64,000 nt of DNA, taken from assembly GCF_006345805.1 (NCBI RefSeq), contig NC_043005.1, positions 91,140,001-91,204,000 of the forward strand, given 5' to 3'. A program made the translations under genes and the position numbers. Below are positions 38,301 to 53,074 of this stretch, piece by piece. A model generated the notes under the pieces. It was not told where the DNA came from. It was given only the letters and a program-made list of their open reading frames with translations, and did not search any database. How positions within the stretch are numbered: the stretch's first letter is position 1; each line of letters opens with the position of its first letter. This DNA comes from Octopus sinensis (lineage: Eukaryota).

Positions 38301-40409
38301 CTTCATCACTCTGGTAATATTAGGGAGATGTGCTAATTTTGACGGAAGGCGAAGAAAGGGGATTTAACCAAAAACAATATTTGACTAGTACTATCTTATG
38401 ACCAACGAAAAGATGAAAGGTAACGTCCGCTGCGGCAGAATTTGAAACCAGAGGGTAAAAGATTATGACTAAATACCTAAAGCCATTTCGAACAACAAAC
38501 AGTAACCATAGAGCCAATACTGTATGTAAAATGTTTCACTATGCATTTCGTAGAACTAATAGGTCCTCAATTATCGATTATGAAGAAGGTTTAAACCTCG
38601 TTAACAGTTGCGACGGGTGCCAGTGTACTGGAAGCCTTATTGGTCAAAGCTATACACATCTAATTCAAATGACATGAAGGCATTGCTCGTAAAAACCCGT
38701 AGGGCCACACATATTTACACATCCTACCTCCACAAAAGCAATGGTTGGAGCTGAAACAGAGAAGAAAATGGGTCCTAACTGGTAGCTTAGACTGAATTCC
38801 TGTGTAAGAAGTTGGAATTTCACTTCCGCAAAGGACTTTATCACATCTGTAGAAAGGGGATTCTACGTATTTTTACCCTCTGTGTGCATCTGACTGAGTC
38901 TTGATAAGCAAGCTATCATAGTTGTGTTTTTTGTTTGTTTGTTTGTTTTTTATTATTTGGTGAAGTCTTTTGATTCTTTCTTCTCCAATAGTTCCGTCAA
39001 TCCCCGAATCAATAACAACGAAAAACATTCCGTTTGAATTCAAATTCAGATTTATCACAGACATCACGAAGTTTTTCTCAGATGTCCTTTTCTGGTCTAT
39101 CATCATCTTCGGTGACAATAAGTTTTCTCCAGGCTCATCCATTGTTTTCATATTATTCTTCCAAACAACTGTGAAGACCCGGATATGCGGGTGATATTGT
39201 TTGTGTTGCTTTCTCGCGAGTTTCATCGACTTTGTATATGACTCTTTATTATGTGTCATTTCTCTTACTAACTGTAACCCGTCATTCAGGAAGGAACTCA
39301 TTATCTCAACCTCACCAAGATATGATGTTGAAGTTGACTTGATGCTCGAGTGCAATCTTTTATTTTTCAACTAGTGCCAGATCTTATGCAGAGTGACATT
39401 TTTCATAGCCGGTTCTTGAGCAACAAGAATACCTGACAGCGTTCTATTTCATTGTTCTTGATACGATTCCTGTTGTGTATTTTATTTCTTAAAGTGGCGG
39501 ATTTTGTTCTTTTTATTTTTAGTGTTGTTGATTTTGGGAACAATGAGTTTACAAACGGTCTTCTTATCCATAAAACATTTAGAATGGTCGCCTTCAACCA
39601 CAACGCTTACACCTCGTTTTTGCCTTTATTGAGGAGAACGAGAAATCAATTATATTTCAAAATGCATTTTGAGCCAATGCGAGAGTATCTGCGTAGCCGC
39701 TCGACCTGCTAGAAATAACAGTCAAATTGTTTCAATATACCTAACCATTTAAAAACAAAAGGCGTGACAATATGAACCTAGTATTTAAGAAGGGTTGAAT
39801 ACTATTGGATTGCCTTTGACTATCTGTCAGCTATACCAAAGTTACCCGGGGGCTAGAATCAACAGCGACCAAGAGTCCTGATCTTACCTTCAAAATAAAG
39901 ATCGCAATTTAAAATGAAACATTATTTTCCATTTTCAGTTTTTGTCCAGTTAAAAGACGTGGTTATTTGTGATTTTTCTTTTAAAACCAATATGGCCCAT
40001 ATAAAATGATCTGAATATAACAGTGGAGTATATTCTACTGATCGCACAAATTTGAGTTTTGAAGTGAAAACATAAAGAGTCGAAAAGAAATACAAAGCAT
40101 TGAGTGCAGTACTCTGTCGTTTGTACCTCAGAACATGCTAAAAAAATGAATAAAAATAACAGTTGAGTAAAATCACAGAGGATCGTAAACTTCCAGTAAG
40201 TCAAAATAACTAAATGTTTTTAATGTCTTCTCATACTTGAAACTGTTTCGTTTCCCTTTCCCTATCAAATGACTATTGGCACTACACGAACGCCAAATTT
40301 TTCACTTCTACTTTTTGAAATGCCAATGAGAGAAACCCCCTTGTTAGGTGCCCTGCAGTACGTTCATACTATATAAGCAGTGTCTAGGTGCATACTCTTT
40401 ACTCTCCCT

Positions 40410-40820
40410 TTTTACTCTTTCACTTGTTTCAGTCATTTGACTGTGGCCATGCTGGAGCACCATCTTTTAGTCGAGCAAATCGACCCCAGGACTAATTCTT
40501 TGTAAGCCTAGTACTTATTCTATTGGTCTCTTTTGCCGAACCCCTAAGTTACGGGGACGTAAACACACCAGCATCGGTTGTCAAGCGATGTTGGGAGTAC
40601 AAACACAGACTCACAAACATATACACATACATACATATATATATACACATATACACGACGGGCTTCTTTCAGTTTCCGTCTACCAAATCCACTCACAAGG
40701 CTTTGGTCGGCCGAAGCTATAGTAGAAGACACTTGCCCAAGGTGCCACGCAGTGGGACTGAACCCGGAACCATGTGGTTGGTATGCAAGCTATTTACCAC
40801 ACAGCCACTCCTACGCCTAG
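40410..40820 (-). mobile_element. Composite tRNA SINE family B (CORE-like segment, internal microsatellite)
   Basis: Head AGGCGTAGGAGTGGCTGTGTGG (A box), GGTTCAGTCCC (B box), GCACCTTGGGCAAGTGTCTT, tail GACTGAAACAAGTGAAAAGAG. Partial copies at about 144-230, 14500-14580, 42040-42300, 42600-42760, 46060-46480, 47670-47975, 51410-51650 and 51945-52070. Confidence 0.88.
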
Positions 40821-40849
40821 GATAATTTTTTTAATGTAATTTCATATCT

Positions 40850-41290
40850 TTTCTATTACAGGCAGGAGGTCTGAAATTTGGGAGGATGGGACTAATCGAT
40901 TAAATCGACCCGTAGTGGTCAACTGGTACTTATTTCATCGACCGCGATAGGATGAAAGGCAAAGACCACCATGACAGAATTTTAACTCACAACGTAAAAG
41001 CAGAGTAAACGCTGCTAAGCATTTTGTTCGCTGCGCTAATGAGTCTGCCAGCTCGCCGCCTCAACGTAGTTTAATGGCTTCAAATTTGGACACAAGGACA
41101 GCAGTTTCAGGGGAAGGGGTAAGTCGATTACATAAATTTCAGTGTTCAACTTATATTATTTTATGACCTTGAAAGAATGGAAGGCAAAGTCGACCTCGAT
41201 AGAATCTTAAAACAGAACGCAAAGACGGATGAAACGCCGCTAAGCATTTTGCCCGTCCTGCTGGCGATTCTACAAGCTCGTCGCCTTAAC
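40850..41290 (-). mobile_element. Two tandem degenerate SINE family A copies
   Basis: Two successive cores at about 40900-41060 and 41110-41290. Confidence 0.75.
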
Positions 41291-41920
41291 GTAATTTGAT
41301 ACCAATAAAAATCATGATTAAAAAAAGGTTTAATAAATTTTTTTTAAATTTCTGTAGGAAAAACAAAAAATAATTTAAGGCTCGAATGAGTCCTACAACG
41401 AAGCACCTATATTTGTGACCTTCTACATCTAGAACCTCCTACATTAAGGACAGTGCTACAGCTACGTAAACAGACATTCTGAACCGCATCCAAGGAAAGG
41501 CCACTTGAATAATTGCCATGAAATCACTGACACGCTGCAGCCTCGGCATTTAATGCCAAATATTCTCGCTGTCTTTTCTATCTTTCCAGTAATGGCCTCT
41601 GTCACTCGAATCAGAGTGGTTTCGAGCCTGGACCACCGACCCACTCGTCTCACCACCTCTCGTATCCTTTGTTGTGTCCCCTTACCCTCCTCTTATTTGG
41701 TACACACCACAATCACTAGTCTTTTTTCCATGGACCGTCATGACAACTGTCCCATCCCCCAGCCTCACAGAAAAACAAAAAGCCGAAAGAATATCCATAC
41801 GAATGGATACTAAAGCTTGAACATCTTGATAAACATGTTATTCGGAATTTTATGTCTAATAAAAGGAGGTAAACCACACACACGCACACACTCACACACA
41901 CACACACACGCACGCACACG

Positions 41921-41960
<40 letters not shown>

Positions 41961-42300
41961 CACACACATGTACGTGTGCGGGTGTGTGCATGTGTGTATT
42001 TGTGCGTGTGCATGTGTGTATATATTCTTTTATTCTTACCTTATTTTACATGTTGCAGTCATTTGACTGCGACCATGCTGGAGCAACGTCTTAAAGGGGT
42101 TTTGTCGAAAAAAATCGACCTCAGGACTTATTCTCTGTAAGCCTAGTACTTATTCTAATTGGTCTATTTTGCTGAGCTGCTAACTTTACAGGGACATAAA
42201 CACACCAACATCGGTTGTCAAGTGATGATGGGGTGGGGACAAACACAGACACAAAGACACACATAACTATATATACATACACACACATATAAACATATAC

Positions 42301-42333
<33 letters not shown>

Positions 42334-42355
42334 TGTATGTATGTATGTATGTATG

Positions 42356-42394
<39 letters not shown>

Positions 42395-42395
42395 G

Positions 42396-42513
42396 TTATT
42401 TAAAGCAGCAGAAAATTCAACAAAATCTGTTACTCTAGCAAAAACTGTCTGATGAACGGCAACGAGAAACTCAGAGTAACAGATTTTGTTGAATTTTCTG
42501 CTGCTTTAAATAA
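42396..42513 (+). repeat. Perfect 41-bp inverted repeat enclosing a hammerhead-like core
   Basis: Arms 42396-42436 and 42473-42513; the loop contains CTGATGA (42449-42455) and GAAAC (42466-42470). A deleted family member is at about 9957-10012. Confidence 0.8.
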
Positions 42514-42826
42514 AGCATATTACTCTACCACTGGTATTTGAGTACTCTTTGTTCCACCTTGTTTCACATTTCTGTGTTTACTCCGGTATATATATATATA
42601 TATACGACGGGCTTCTTTCAGTTTCCGTCCACCAAATCCACTCACAAGCCTTTGGTCGGCCCGAGGCTATATTAGAAGACAATCGTCCAAGGTGCCATAC
42701 AGTGGGACTGAACCCGGAACCATGTGGGTTGGAAGCAAGAAGCTTACCACACAGCCTCGTATGTATATATGTAGGGAAATATCTATGTATATAAATGAAA
42801 TAATGCATAGTAAATAAACAACAGAG

Positions 42827-43006
42827 AAAAAAAACGTATACATATACAACCGAACGGGAGACAGACACCGAAGGTCCCTAATTCTTCATTAGTTATCAAC
42901 CAAATGGTTGCCAAACTGAATTTTTACCATTCGGTTGATAACTGATAAATAATTAGGGACCCTCAGTGTCTGTTTCCCGTCCGGTTGTATACGTATACGT
43001 TTTTTT
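42827..43006. repeat. ~180-bp imperfect palindrome; homologue at about 17770-17870
   Basis: Arms AAAAAAACGTATAC...GGTCCCTAATTCTTCATTAGTTATCAACC and GGTTGATAACTGATAAATAATTAGGGACC...GTATACGTTTTTTT. Confidence 0.75.
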
Positions 43007-43193
43007 ACCTGTCGTTGTGAGTTAACTTGGCATTCCCAAATGACAATGTGACCTCCATATAATGAAGGTGTCTTCGGCCTCTTGAGTAGCTAGCTGAGTA
43101 CCCTCTCGTTGAGTAATTATTGCATCAGAGGATCTGCTACTACGAAACATATGTAGGCTGGATTTTACCTGTCCCACTCCCTCAATCTGGATT

Positions 43194-43261
<68 letters not shown>

Positions 43262-43394
43262 GAAATATATATATATATATAATATATATATTATATATAT
43301 ATATATCTATATATATATATATAATATATATAATATATATATATTTGTTGTGCAAGATTTTTTATGTGAAGTCGTGTGTTGAAACAGATATTGT

Positions 43395-43608
43395 TATATT
43401 TCGGAATGGTCATTTTGCCAGATTAGCCAATAAAAATAAGAAACAAGAAAACAAAGGACTACTGATGCGGTCACAGGAGTGTGACGGAAGAACTCTGGCC
43501 GAAATAAGATTAAGATTAATGTAAAAAATAAATAACACTGAAGCAAAATAGCACCAAATATATAGTGCGTGTGTTTTTATTGGCTAAACTGGCAAAATGA
43601 CCATTCCG

Positions 43609-43615
<7 letters not shown>
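43395..43615. repeat. 42-bp inverted repeat (41/42) with a 137-nt spacer
   Basis: TATATTTCGGAATGGTCATTTTGCCAGATTAGCCAATAAAAA at 43395-43436 versus the reverse complement of 43574-43615. Confidence 0.8.
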
Positions 43616-43647
<32 letters not shown>

Positions 43648-43699
43648 TAGATAGATGATAGATAGATAGATAATAGATAGATAGATAATAGATAGATAG

Positions 43700-45090
<1,391 letters not shown>

Positions 45091-46239
45091 CTTTAAAGTT
45101 TAAAACAGTTGTTTTATATTTTAAATGTGACCCTTACTTTTGGCTTGCTTTCTTATATGCTACAAGATAAAAAAAACAACTGAGAATTATGGCTAAGTTG
45201 TCACTCAACCAGCTAGATATAGCAATCAAATATTTCTAAGACCCCACTTTACAGGTATCTTAAATTGAAGATGCATGGGATAATTTCATTCTACATACAT
45301 TATATTGAGAGAGAAAAAAATAATAAACTGGGCACGATTGGAACCTCTTTGATTAGAGACTTACTTGATAATGGTTGATTTGGGTTAAACGACAACAGCA
45401 ACGAACAGTGCCCTAAAATGTGGGAAGAACATTTGCGCCTGATCAAAGGCAAACTTGTGATAATATAAAGAAAATTTTTTTCTCACCATTTTGACAAAAA
45501 ATATTTAATGAAGATGACGATGAGACAATATTTGTTTTCTGTACAAGTAATCGGTAAAATTTATGACCCGATTCGAGAGAACAAACAGCTTCACTTTTTA
45601 TACATCAGCGATATCAACCAAACGGAGGGAGCGTCACTGTACTGAATGAAAGGAAACAGCATTGTGAGATCCACATCTTTCGCAAGTAAAACAAATTATT
45701 GAGCATCTAACAGCAAACGCCGCCCACTTCACTGCGCTCACGATAAACAAGCAATTTGAATGGATCCATTCGTTTCTAAAGTTTGTTGAACAAAGGAAAT
45801 GTCTGCGAGGGGAGCTTAACATTTTAGTTGCAAGTTTTCAACAATCAGGAGGAGGATTCTCTTAATGATCATTGTTTAGGTCTGGTCTCATGATGGTCGA
45901 GGGGATTAGTACTAAATCTCTCCTCCACCAGATAATCTGCAACCTTATTCTATTGGGTTAAATGGAATGGTCGAGAAAGCAAAAACAAAAATAAAACGCA
46001 TTTATTCACAAACACAAAGCACCTGTACTGGAATTAAATCCACCCTTTTACTCTTTTATTTCATTCAATCATTGGACTGCTGTCATACTGGAGCACCGTC
46101 TTGACGGGTTAGTCGAACAAATCAGCACCAGTTACTTATTCTATCGACCTCATTTAGCCGAACCGCTAAGTTACGAGTACGTAAACAAACCAGCATTGAT
46201 TGATAAATGATAGGGGAGATAACACAAAGATACAAGGAC

Positions 46240-46281
<42 letters not shown>

Positions 46282-46554
46282 TCGCACACGCACACACACA
46301 CACACACAAACGCACTCGCACACACACACACACATACACCTGACGAGCTTCCTACAGTTTCTGTCAACCAAATCTACTCAAAAGGCATTGGTCGGCCCGA
46401 GGCTAAGGTGCCACACTGTGGATCAGAAACCTGAACCTCCTGATAGAGAAGGGAACTTTTTAACTACACACCCATGCCTGCACCTATACACATTTCCTTT
46501 TTTTCTTTATTTATGTATTCATTCATTCATGTGTGTGTATGTATGTGTGTGTGT

Positions 46555-46624
<70 letters not shown>

Positions 46625-47137
46625 TCATATCAAAGTAAACAGTCAAACAAGTTACTCGGCCATTCCGCTGTTTATATAAGAACAGCTGTTGAAGTTTAGG
46701 AAACAACAATAGAATAATTAGAAAATCGCTTTTAATCTTTAAAATCATGAGGAAATCATCGTGGGTAATTTCATATACGCTAATTATTTCATCACCTGGA
46801 AAATTCATGGCAAATAAATACATAGTTTATTATTTCCTTATATAAAGTGTCCAGCTGGTAGAGTCGTTAGCCCTCCGGAGAAAATGTTTTCCAGCATTTC
46901 GTCCATCTATACGTTTTGAGGTCAGATACCGCCAGCTCGACGATTCCTTTTTTTTTTTTTTACCAAGTAATTAGGACACATATTTTTAAATTGTTATTAG
47001 GCCTTCAAGAATTTATGCCATTGCCAAAACTAGAACCTCCGCGAGCTCCAGGGCAAGAAGCACGAGCAGAACCTCCGGTGGAGATCCAACGGGCGAAGCT
47101 ACCGGATGTTCTGAACTTTTAAAAAGTTTTAATACCT

Positions 47138-47370
47138 ATTTCTTTACTACCCACAAGGAGCTAAACACAGAGAGGACAAACAAGGACAGACAAATGGATT
47201 AAGTCGATTAGATCGACCCCAGTGCGTAACTGGTACTTATTTAATCGACCCCGAAAGGATGAAAGGCAAAGTCGACCTCGGCAGAATTTGAACTCAGAAC
47301 ATAGCGCCAGACGAAATACCACAAAGCATTTCGCCCGGCGTGTTAACGTTTCTGCCAGCTTGCCGCCTTT
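47138..47370 (-). mobile_element. Full-length SINE family A copy
   Basis: Complete head-to-tail match to the copies at 21047 and 23637. Confidence 0.9.
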
Positions 47371-47997
47371 TCCAGCGGATTTTTTGTGAAATTTCCATGA
47401 GCAGAAGCTTTCAACAATTATCATTAACATTTTGAGAGAAGAAAAAATACATACATTTGGTGAATTAATTAGATTATTTATTGAAAATATAAAGACAATA
47501 TGCAAATAAAGGATTGCGCTGTTAACTTCATAGACCGGGTTTGGGAGTGGGATGATTTTAAGAGACAATTATTTGTAGCACAACTCGCATTCCAGCAAGA
47601 TAAGCTGGAAATGATTTCATAGTGGAATATGAAGAGTTGAGAAAATTGCAGACATACATTTACCCATTTACCTTTTACTTGTTTCAGTCATTTGACTGCG
47701 GCCATGCTGGAGCACCGCCTTTAGTCGAGCAGATCGACCCCCCCCCCGGACTTATTCTTTGTAAGCCTAGCACTTATTCTATCGGTCTCTTTTGCCGACA
47801 CCGCTAAGTTACAGGGACGTAAACACACCAGCATCGGTTGTCAAGCGATGTTGGGGGGACAAACACAGACACACACGGACACACACACACTCACACAAAT
47901 ATACAACGGGCTTCTTTCAGTTTCCGTCAAACAAATCCACTCACAAAGCGTTGGTCAGTAGAAGACACTTGCCCCTGGTGCCGATTCTGCCAATATA

Positions 47998-48388
47998 TCT
48001 CTCTATATATAAAACTGAAGTTGTCTGTGTATGGCAGGTTTGGTAGCCTTCAACTAACACTATCTCCTCCGAGAGCCTGCGGCACAAGTTGTCCAAAATT
48101 GAGAGTAAGATAGAAGAAGGCTTGCTCTTCCTTCCGTAGAAGAAAAGATTCAAATCGGGCCAGGTTAACACCAAAAATTATTTACATCAAAAAGGTGCTT
48201 TTTTCTTTGAAAATCCCTATTTTTTACGATTTTTCGACTGCTGTGTCGCCTTTTTTCGGTGTATTTCAACCAGAAAAATGTTCATTCAAAGAGAATAACA
48301 AGCTACATAATGCAAAACTTTTACTTTTCAAAAATTCCAATTCTAAAGGGTCGAAACAAACTCGAGCAACGCCGGGCGATACTGTTAG
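47998..48388 (+). mobile_element. Non-autonomous Helitron-like element, copy 2, abutting a truncated SINE B
   Basis: A|TC start and TTAG|T end; colinear with 19614-20006. Confidence 0.7.
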
Positions 48389-48399
48389 TATATATATAC

Positions 48400-48435
<36 letters not shown>

Positions 48436-50318
48436 ATACATATATATATAGTTGAGGAAATAGCTAAATTCTTTGGCTGCTATTTCTAAAAGTTCGGTGT
48501 GTGGTAAAGCAAATTTTTTTTGCTGAACCCTAATTATATAAAGTAATATATATATATATGAGTTCTCTTCCCAATAATTTTGAAATTTCTTTATTAATAC
48601 TAAAGACTTCACATTTCCTCCTAAACTATTTCTTTTTCGTCATCACCACTGTCACTACCAAACGATCAGCATAAACATCTATTCTTCTTTTTGGGTTTGG
48701 GTGGGGATTTTTTTTTATTTCAGTACCGTCATATGGAGTTGGCTATCTTTTTCATTTTATCGTTTTTAATTCCATTGTATGAAGTTCCATTATGAAGCCT
48801 AATGTGGCATTATGGAAATGAGCTATCATCTGTAGCTTGCTATTTTCTCCAATCCTAATCGTAATTAAGAACTCATTGTCAATCCTATCACATTATCTTT
48901 ACTATCAACAATATCCGCGACAAACAACAGCTGCATATTACATAAACAACTCCAGTATTGGTAGGGAAGCATTACCCGTAGACCATCGATCTGTTAGAAA
49001 CTGCAGCTAAATCTTCCTCGTAGCGCATCCAATTATCTTAAGATTTAAAAAAAAGAAAATAGAGAAGGACTACATTGGATAATGTATCCCGGAATAAACT
49101 ATAATCTGAAAAAAAAAGACTGAGTAATCAATGTTGGAATGCTTTTGCTGACAAATCTGTTCGGCAAAAACTGAACTGGAGCTAAAAAAAAAAACAAAAA
49201 CAATAATGGAGGTAGTGATAATGACTGAATTGGCAGCCATAATAGGAAAAGAAACGACGAAACACCGAGACCAAGAAGAAATGAAGTTAATTCTGATGCC
49301 AGAAGAGGTTGAGAATTTTGGTGATTAGCATAGAAAACTCGATGGACTATCTCTATACCGCCATCAAAAACTAGAAATTCGATAAGCTAAGTGGGATGTT
49401 TCTACCTAATCGTGTGACTTGCTGGGAACTGTAGCCACATCTTCCTCAAATCTCTTCCTATTGTGTCAAATAGAAAGGAAGGGGACACACTGAATAATGA
49501 TGTCCTGAATATACTATTAGAATAAGACGAGGTGATCATTGCCGGAATGTCTTTGATCGTAGGTCTGCTCAATCAGAGCTGACTTCAGATTAAACAACAG
49601 TAACAAGAAATTCATCTTTCTAAAAAAAAAACTATCAGTTAAAAGAAATGTTAGAGACATGGCGATCTTTTCGAATTCAGAGGAAGGAAGTGAAAAGCAA
49701 TTCTATTCTCTTGTTTCACCACATGGAAAGAAAAATATTACAATAGTCGTAACTAGATGTGACTCACAAAGATAACAGCTACAATAGTTGTCATAGTGAG
49801 TACTTTCTCAGCGGTGGAAATTTGGTTGGGAGTGCCACTGAACTCCTCTCCAGTTTTCATCGAGAAAACAGTGGACATATGTAAAAAGGCTGAGATCAGA
49901 GCATAGTGTAAATAGTGGTTAATTTGCACCAACGAGGACATTGTGAATCTCTTATGTACCCAACATATTAGACATCTTCAGAAGAAACAGACTCCCTCGT
50001 GTTGTACTTTCCAGCCGCTTCAATCCGTAGCGGATATGGAACTTTTCATGAAATAATCAATTGGATTTCAGATGTAAATTTGGAAGTGTGAGGAGCACCA
50101 TATGCAACAACAACTGCAACAGCAATCTCGAACTGGTCAAAAGAATGGATATACCCAAGTTATGAAAGAGCGGTATCACAAAACCAGGGGTGAGGGAAAC
50201 TCCTCAACCACATTCGGAATTGAAATATGAAATATAACTTGAAGTCTCCTAAAACCCTTATAAATAAATAAATAGATAAATAAATAAATAAACGAATAGA
50301 TAATTAATAAATACTACT

Positions 50319-50559
50319 TATTTTGTTGTGTCTAGGGAGAGTCATTACGCCAATATTAACACACGCACTGGTTCAATTCCACTCCATTATTATTAGTCAA
50401 TTTGTTCAACATCCAACTAAATAATCGATAGTTTAACTTAATTAAACAATCGATTAGTTAGTTGGATAATTAAACAACTAGCTAATAATATAGGAGTAGA
50501 ATTGAACCAGTGCGTGTGTTAATATTGGCGTAATGACTCATCCTAGACACAACAAAATA
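50319..50559. mobile_element. ~240-bp fold-back MITE-like palindrome
   Basis: About 80-bp outer arms TATTTTGTTGTGTCTAGG..GAGTCATTACGCCAATATTAACACACGCACTGGTTCAATT plus inner arms ATCCAACTAA..ATCGAT. A related single arm lies at about 11560-11640. Confidence 0.75.
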
Positions 50560-51629
50560 GAGTGATGTCTTAAAACCAAAAGAAAAATTTGATGTCGCAC
50601 ATTTATGAATTTCTAAATATTCCTGACTTTCCTCGGCAGACTCCTTTGTACCTGGATTTACCCCTAGTATTATAAAGATTCTCTGATTCGGCATAAGACT
50701 TTGAAAATTCCTCCACCGTACAACCTGTATAATTTTCCAATCTAACATCATCTTAATCGTAAATCGTAAATCCCGAATTATTGCGATACTGATGATATTC
50801 ATAGATACAATTTCAATGTATTTGCTTTGACTTACTCTCTCTCTCTCTCTCTCTCTCTCCTTCTTTCTCTCCCCCTCCTTGTTTCCCTCACTCTCGCTAT
50901 CCTACTCTCTCTCTCCCTCCCCCACACCATCTCTTGTGCGTATATTTCGCGCTGGTTACATTTTTAAAAAAATATATTAACATTGTTCGTTTGGTTGATT
51001 TAAAAGTTTCTGGTTTATTTGAATGTCCATTTATCTGAATTGTTTGACTATCTGCATTTAAATCTCTAATTGGTTGGCATTCTCAACATAATAACTAAAA
51101 ACCATCCATTATACTAGAAGCGACTGACTACTTTTCCAAAGCCACTGTATTTATGTCGAATCCAATTTAAGTTATTCTCTTAAATGATAAAATGATGAAT
51201 ATGTTTTTTTTAAAAAAAGGAAAGAATCCGTTTACTATATCCTCTTGCTTGGGTAACTTGCTCCTTTTGTTCCTCTCCTTTATATTAAAGTTACCGATTG
51301 TGCAAGACGTATTATCAAAATGGCTTTCTAAAGTAGGCCTCACATTTGAAACATATCTCTATGGTCATTATAATCGACCCCAGTTACTGATTAGTACGTA
51401 TTTTATATCTTTTATCTTTTACTTGTTTCAGCCTTGGACTACGGCTGTGACGGGATACCGCCTTGAAGGTGTTTTGTCGATCGAGTAGATTGCAGTGTAT
51501 ATTTTTTGAGTCTGGTGCTTATTCTATCGGTTCTTTTGTCGAACCACAAAGTTACGAGGACGTAAGCAAACCAACACTGATCGTCAGATGGTGTAAGAAC
51601 AAACACAGACATGAACACACGCATGCTCA

Positions 51630-51662
<33 letters not shown>

Positions 51663-51806
51663 ATCAAAATAAGCAACAAGGATATCCTTGTTGCTTATTT
51701 TGATTATAATCACCCCATTTGATTTATATGGATAAATACCATACCAAATTCTGCTGCCATTAACTTAAATACCATATTCAACTGAATCTAAATTTTTACT
51801 GAACTC

Positions 51807-51943
<137 letters not shown>

Positions 51944-52707
51944 GATAGATTTCCACAGAGTTTATCAGATTCACTTACGAAGCACTGGGTAGGCCCGAGG
52001 CTATAGTAGAAGACCCTTTCCTAAAATGCTGCGCGGTGGGAATGCACTTGAAACCACTTGGTTTGCAAAGCGATCTTCATAAATACACACTCAATGTTAT
52101 TAAGTTAATCCTTTCAAAATCCAGGATAGTACAGTGCTATTGCTTTTATTTTATTTTATTTTTTGAAGCGCTAAGACAAATCTCTTGGTAAATTGCCACT
52201 CTATTGTAACTTCTGCGGAAATTCTAGTACATTTTTTCTTTCTTTCTACTATAGGCACAAGGCCTGAAATTTTGAGTGGGAGCTCAACTGGTACTTATTT
52301 TATCGACCTCTAAAGAATGAAAGGTAAAAGTCGAACTCGGCAGAATTTGAACTCAGAACGTAGATACAGAAGCAAACTGTTTGAAAACTCAATTCATTAA
52401 GAATGACTCTAATGTGGAACGCAGTTTAAAATTTCAAAGAGAAACAAGGCACCGTATAGCGACATATGAAAATTTTTACACTGATTTATGAAAAGTTATA
52501 AAGCTTAAATTGCAAATGTTTTGAGACGACTGGCTATAGAAGAAACAGGAAATAATAGTTAAACTATAGATTTTCAACCGACGAAAAATAGGAAAAGGTT
52601 TTATATCTTCAAGAGAAAACAACAGGTACAGTTCTATATTTAAGATATGAGGGATTATGTACATTATTTACAATTGACGGGTATTTGTCCTCATCTTGTT
52701 TGTTGTT

Positions 52708-52753
52708 AACACAACGTTTCGGCTGATATACTCTCCAGCCTCTATCAGGTGTC
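52708..52753 (-). ncRNA. Minimal type I hammerhead ribozyme-like motif (core degenerate)
   Basis: GACAC CTGATAG A GGCTG GAGAGTATAT CAGCC GAAAC GT T GTGTT: 5-bp helix I (one G-U pair), 5-bp helix II, palindromic ACGT in place of helix III. The core deviates from CUGANGA. Confidence 0.5.
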
Positions 52754-52817
52754 TTGAGGAAATTTCGAACCTGGGTTCTCATTCCCAAGGTATTTTTCGA
52801 TATTGTTATTATTATTA

Positions 52818-52862
<45 letters not shown>

Positions 52863-53028
52863 CATTATTATTATTATTATTCACTGTCTCGAATCGAACT
52901 CAGAATCTTGGGGTTAGTAGATAATAACCCCAAGATTCCGAGTTCGATTCCAGGAAGTACCCTGAATAATAAATAATAACATCGAAAAATACCTTAGGAA
53001 TGTGAACCCAGGTTCGAAATTTCCCCAA

Positions 53029-53074
53029 GACACCTGATGGAGGCAGGAGGGTATATCAGCCGAAACGTTGTCTT
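53029..53074 (+). ncRNA. Minimal type I hammerhead ribozyme-like motif (core degenerate)
   Basis: GACAC CTGATGG A GGCAG GAGGGTATAT CAGCC GAAAC GT T GTCTT; A9>G and one helix II mismatch. Confidence 0.45.

Noticed and set aside
38873-39370. 165-aa ORF
   Set aside because: No recognisable motif or splice context. An alternative frame weakly resembles a decayed LINE ORF1, but too weakly to call.
45634-45822. Cys-containing ORF reminiscent of a PHD finger
   Set aside because: Ligand spacing is incomplete and there is no supporting exon or transposase context.
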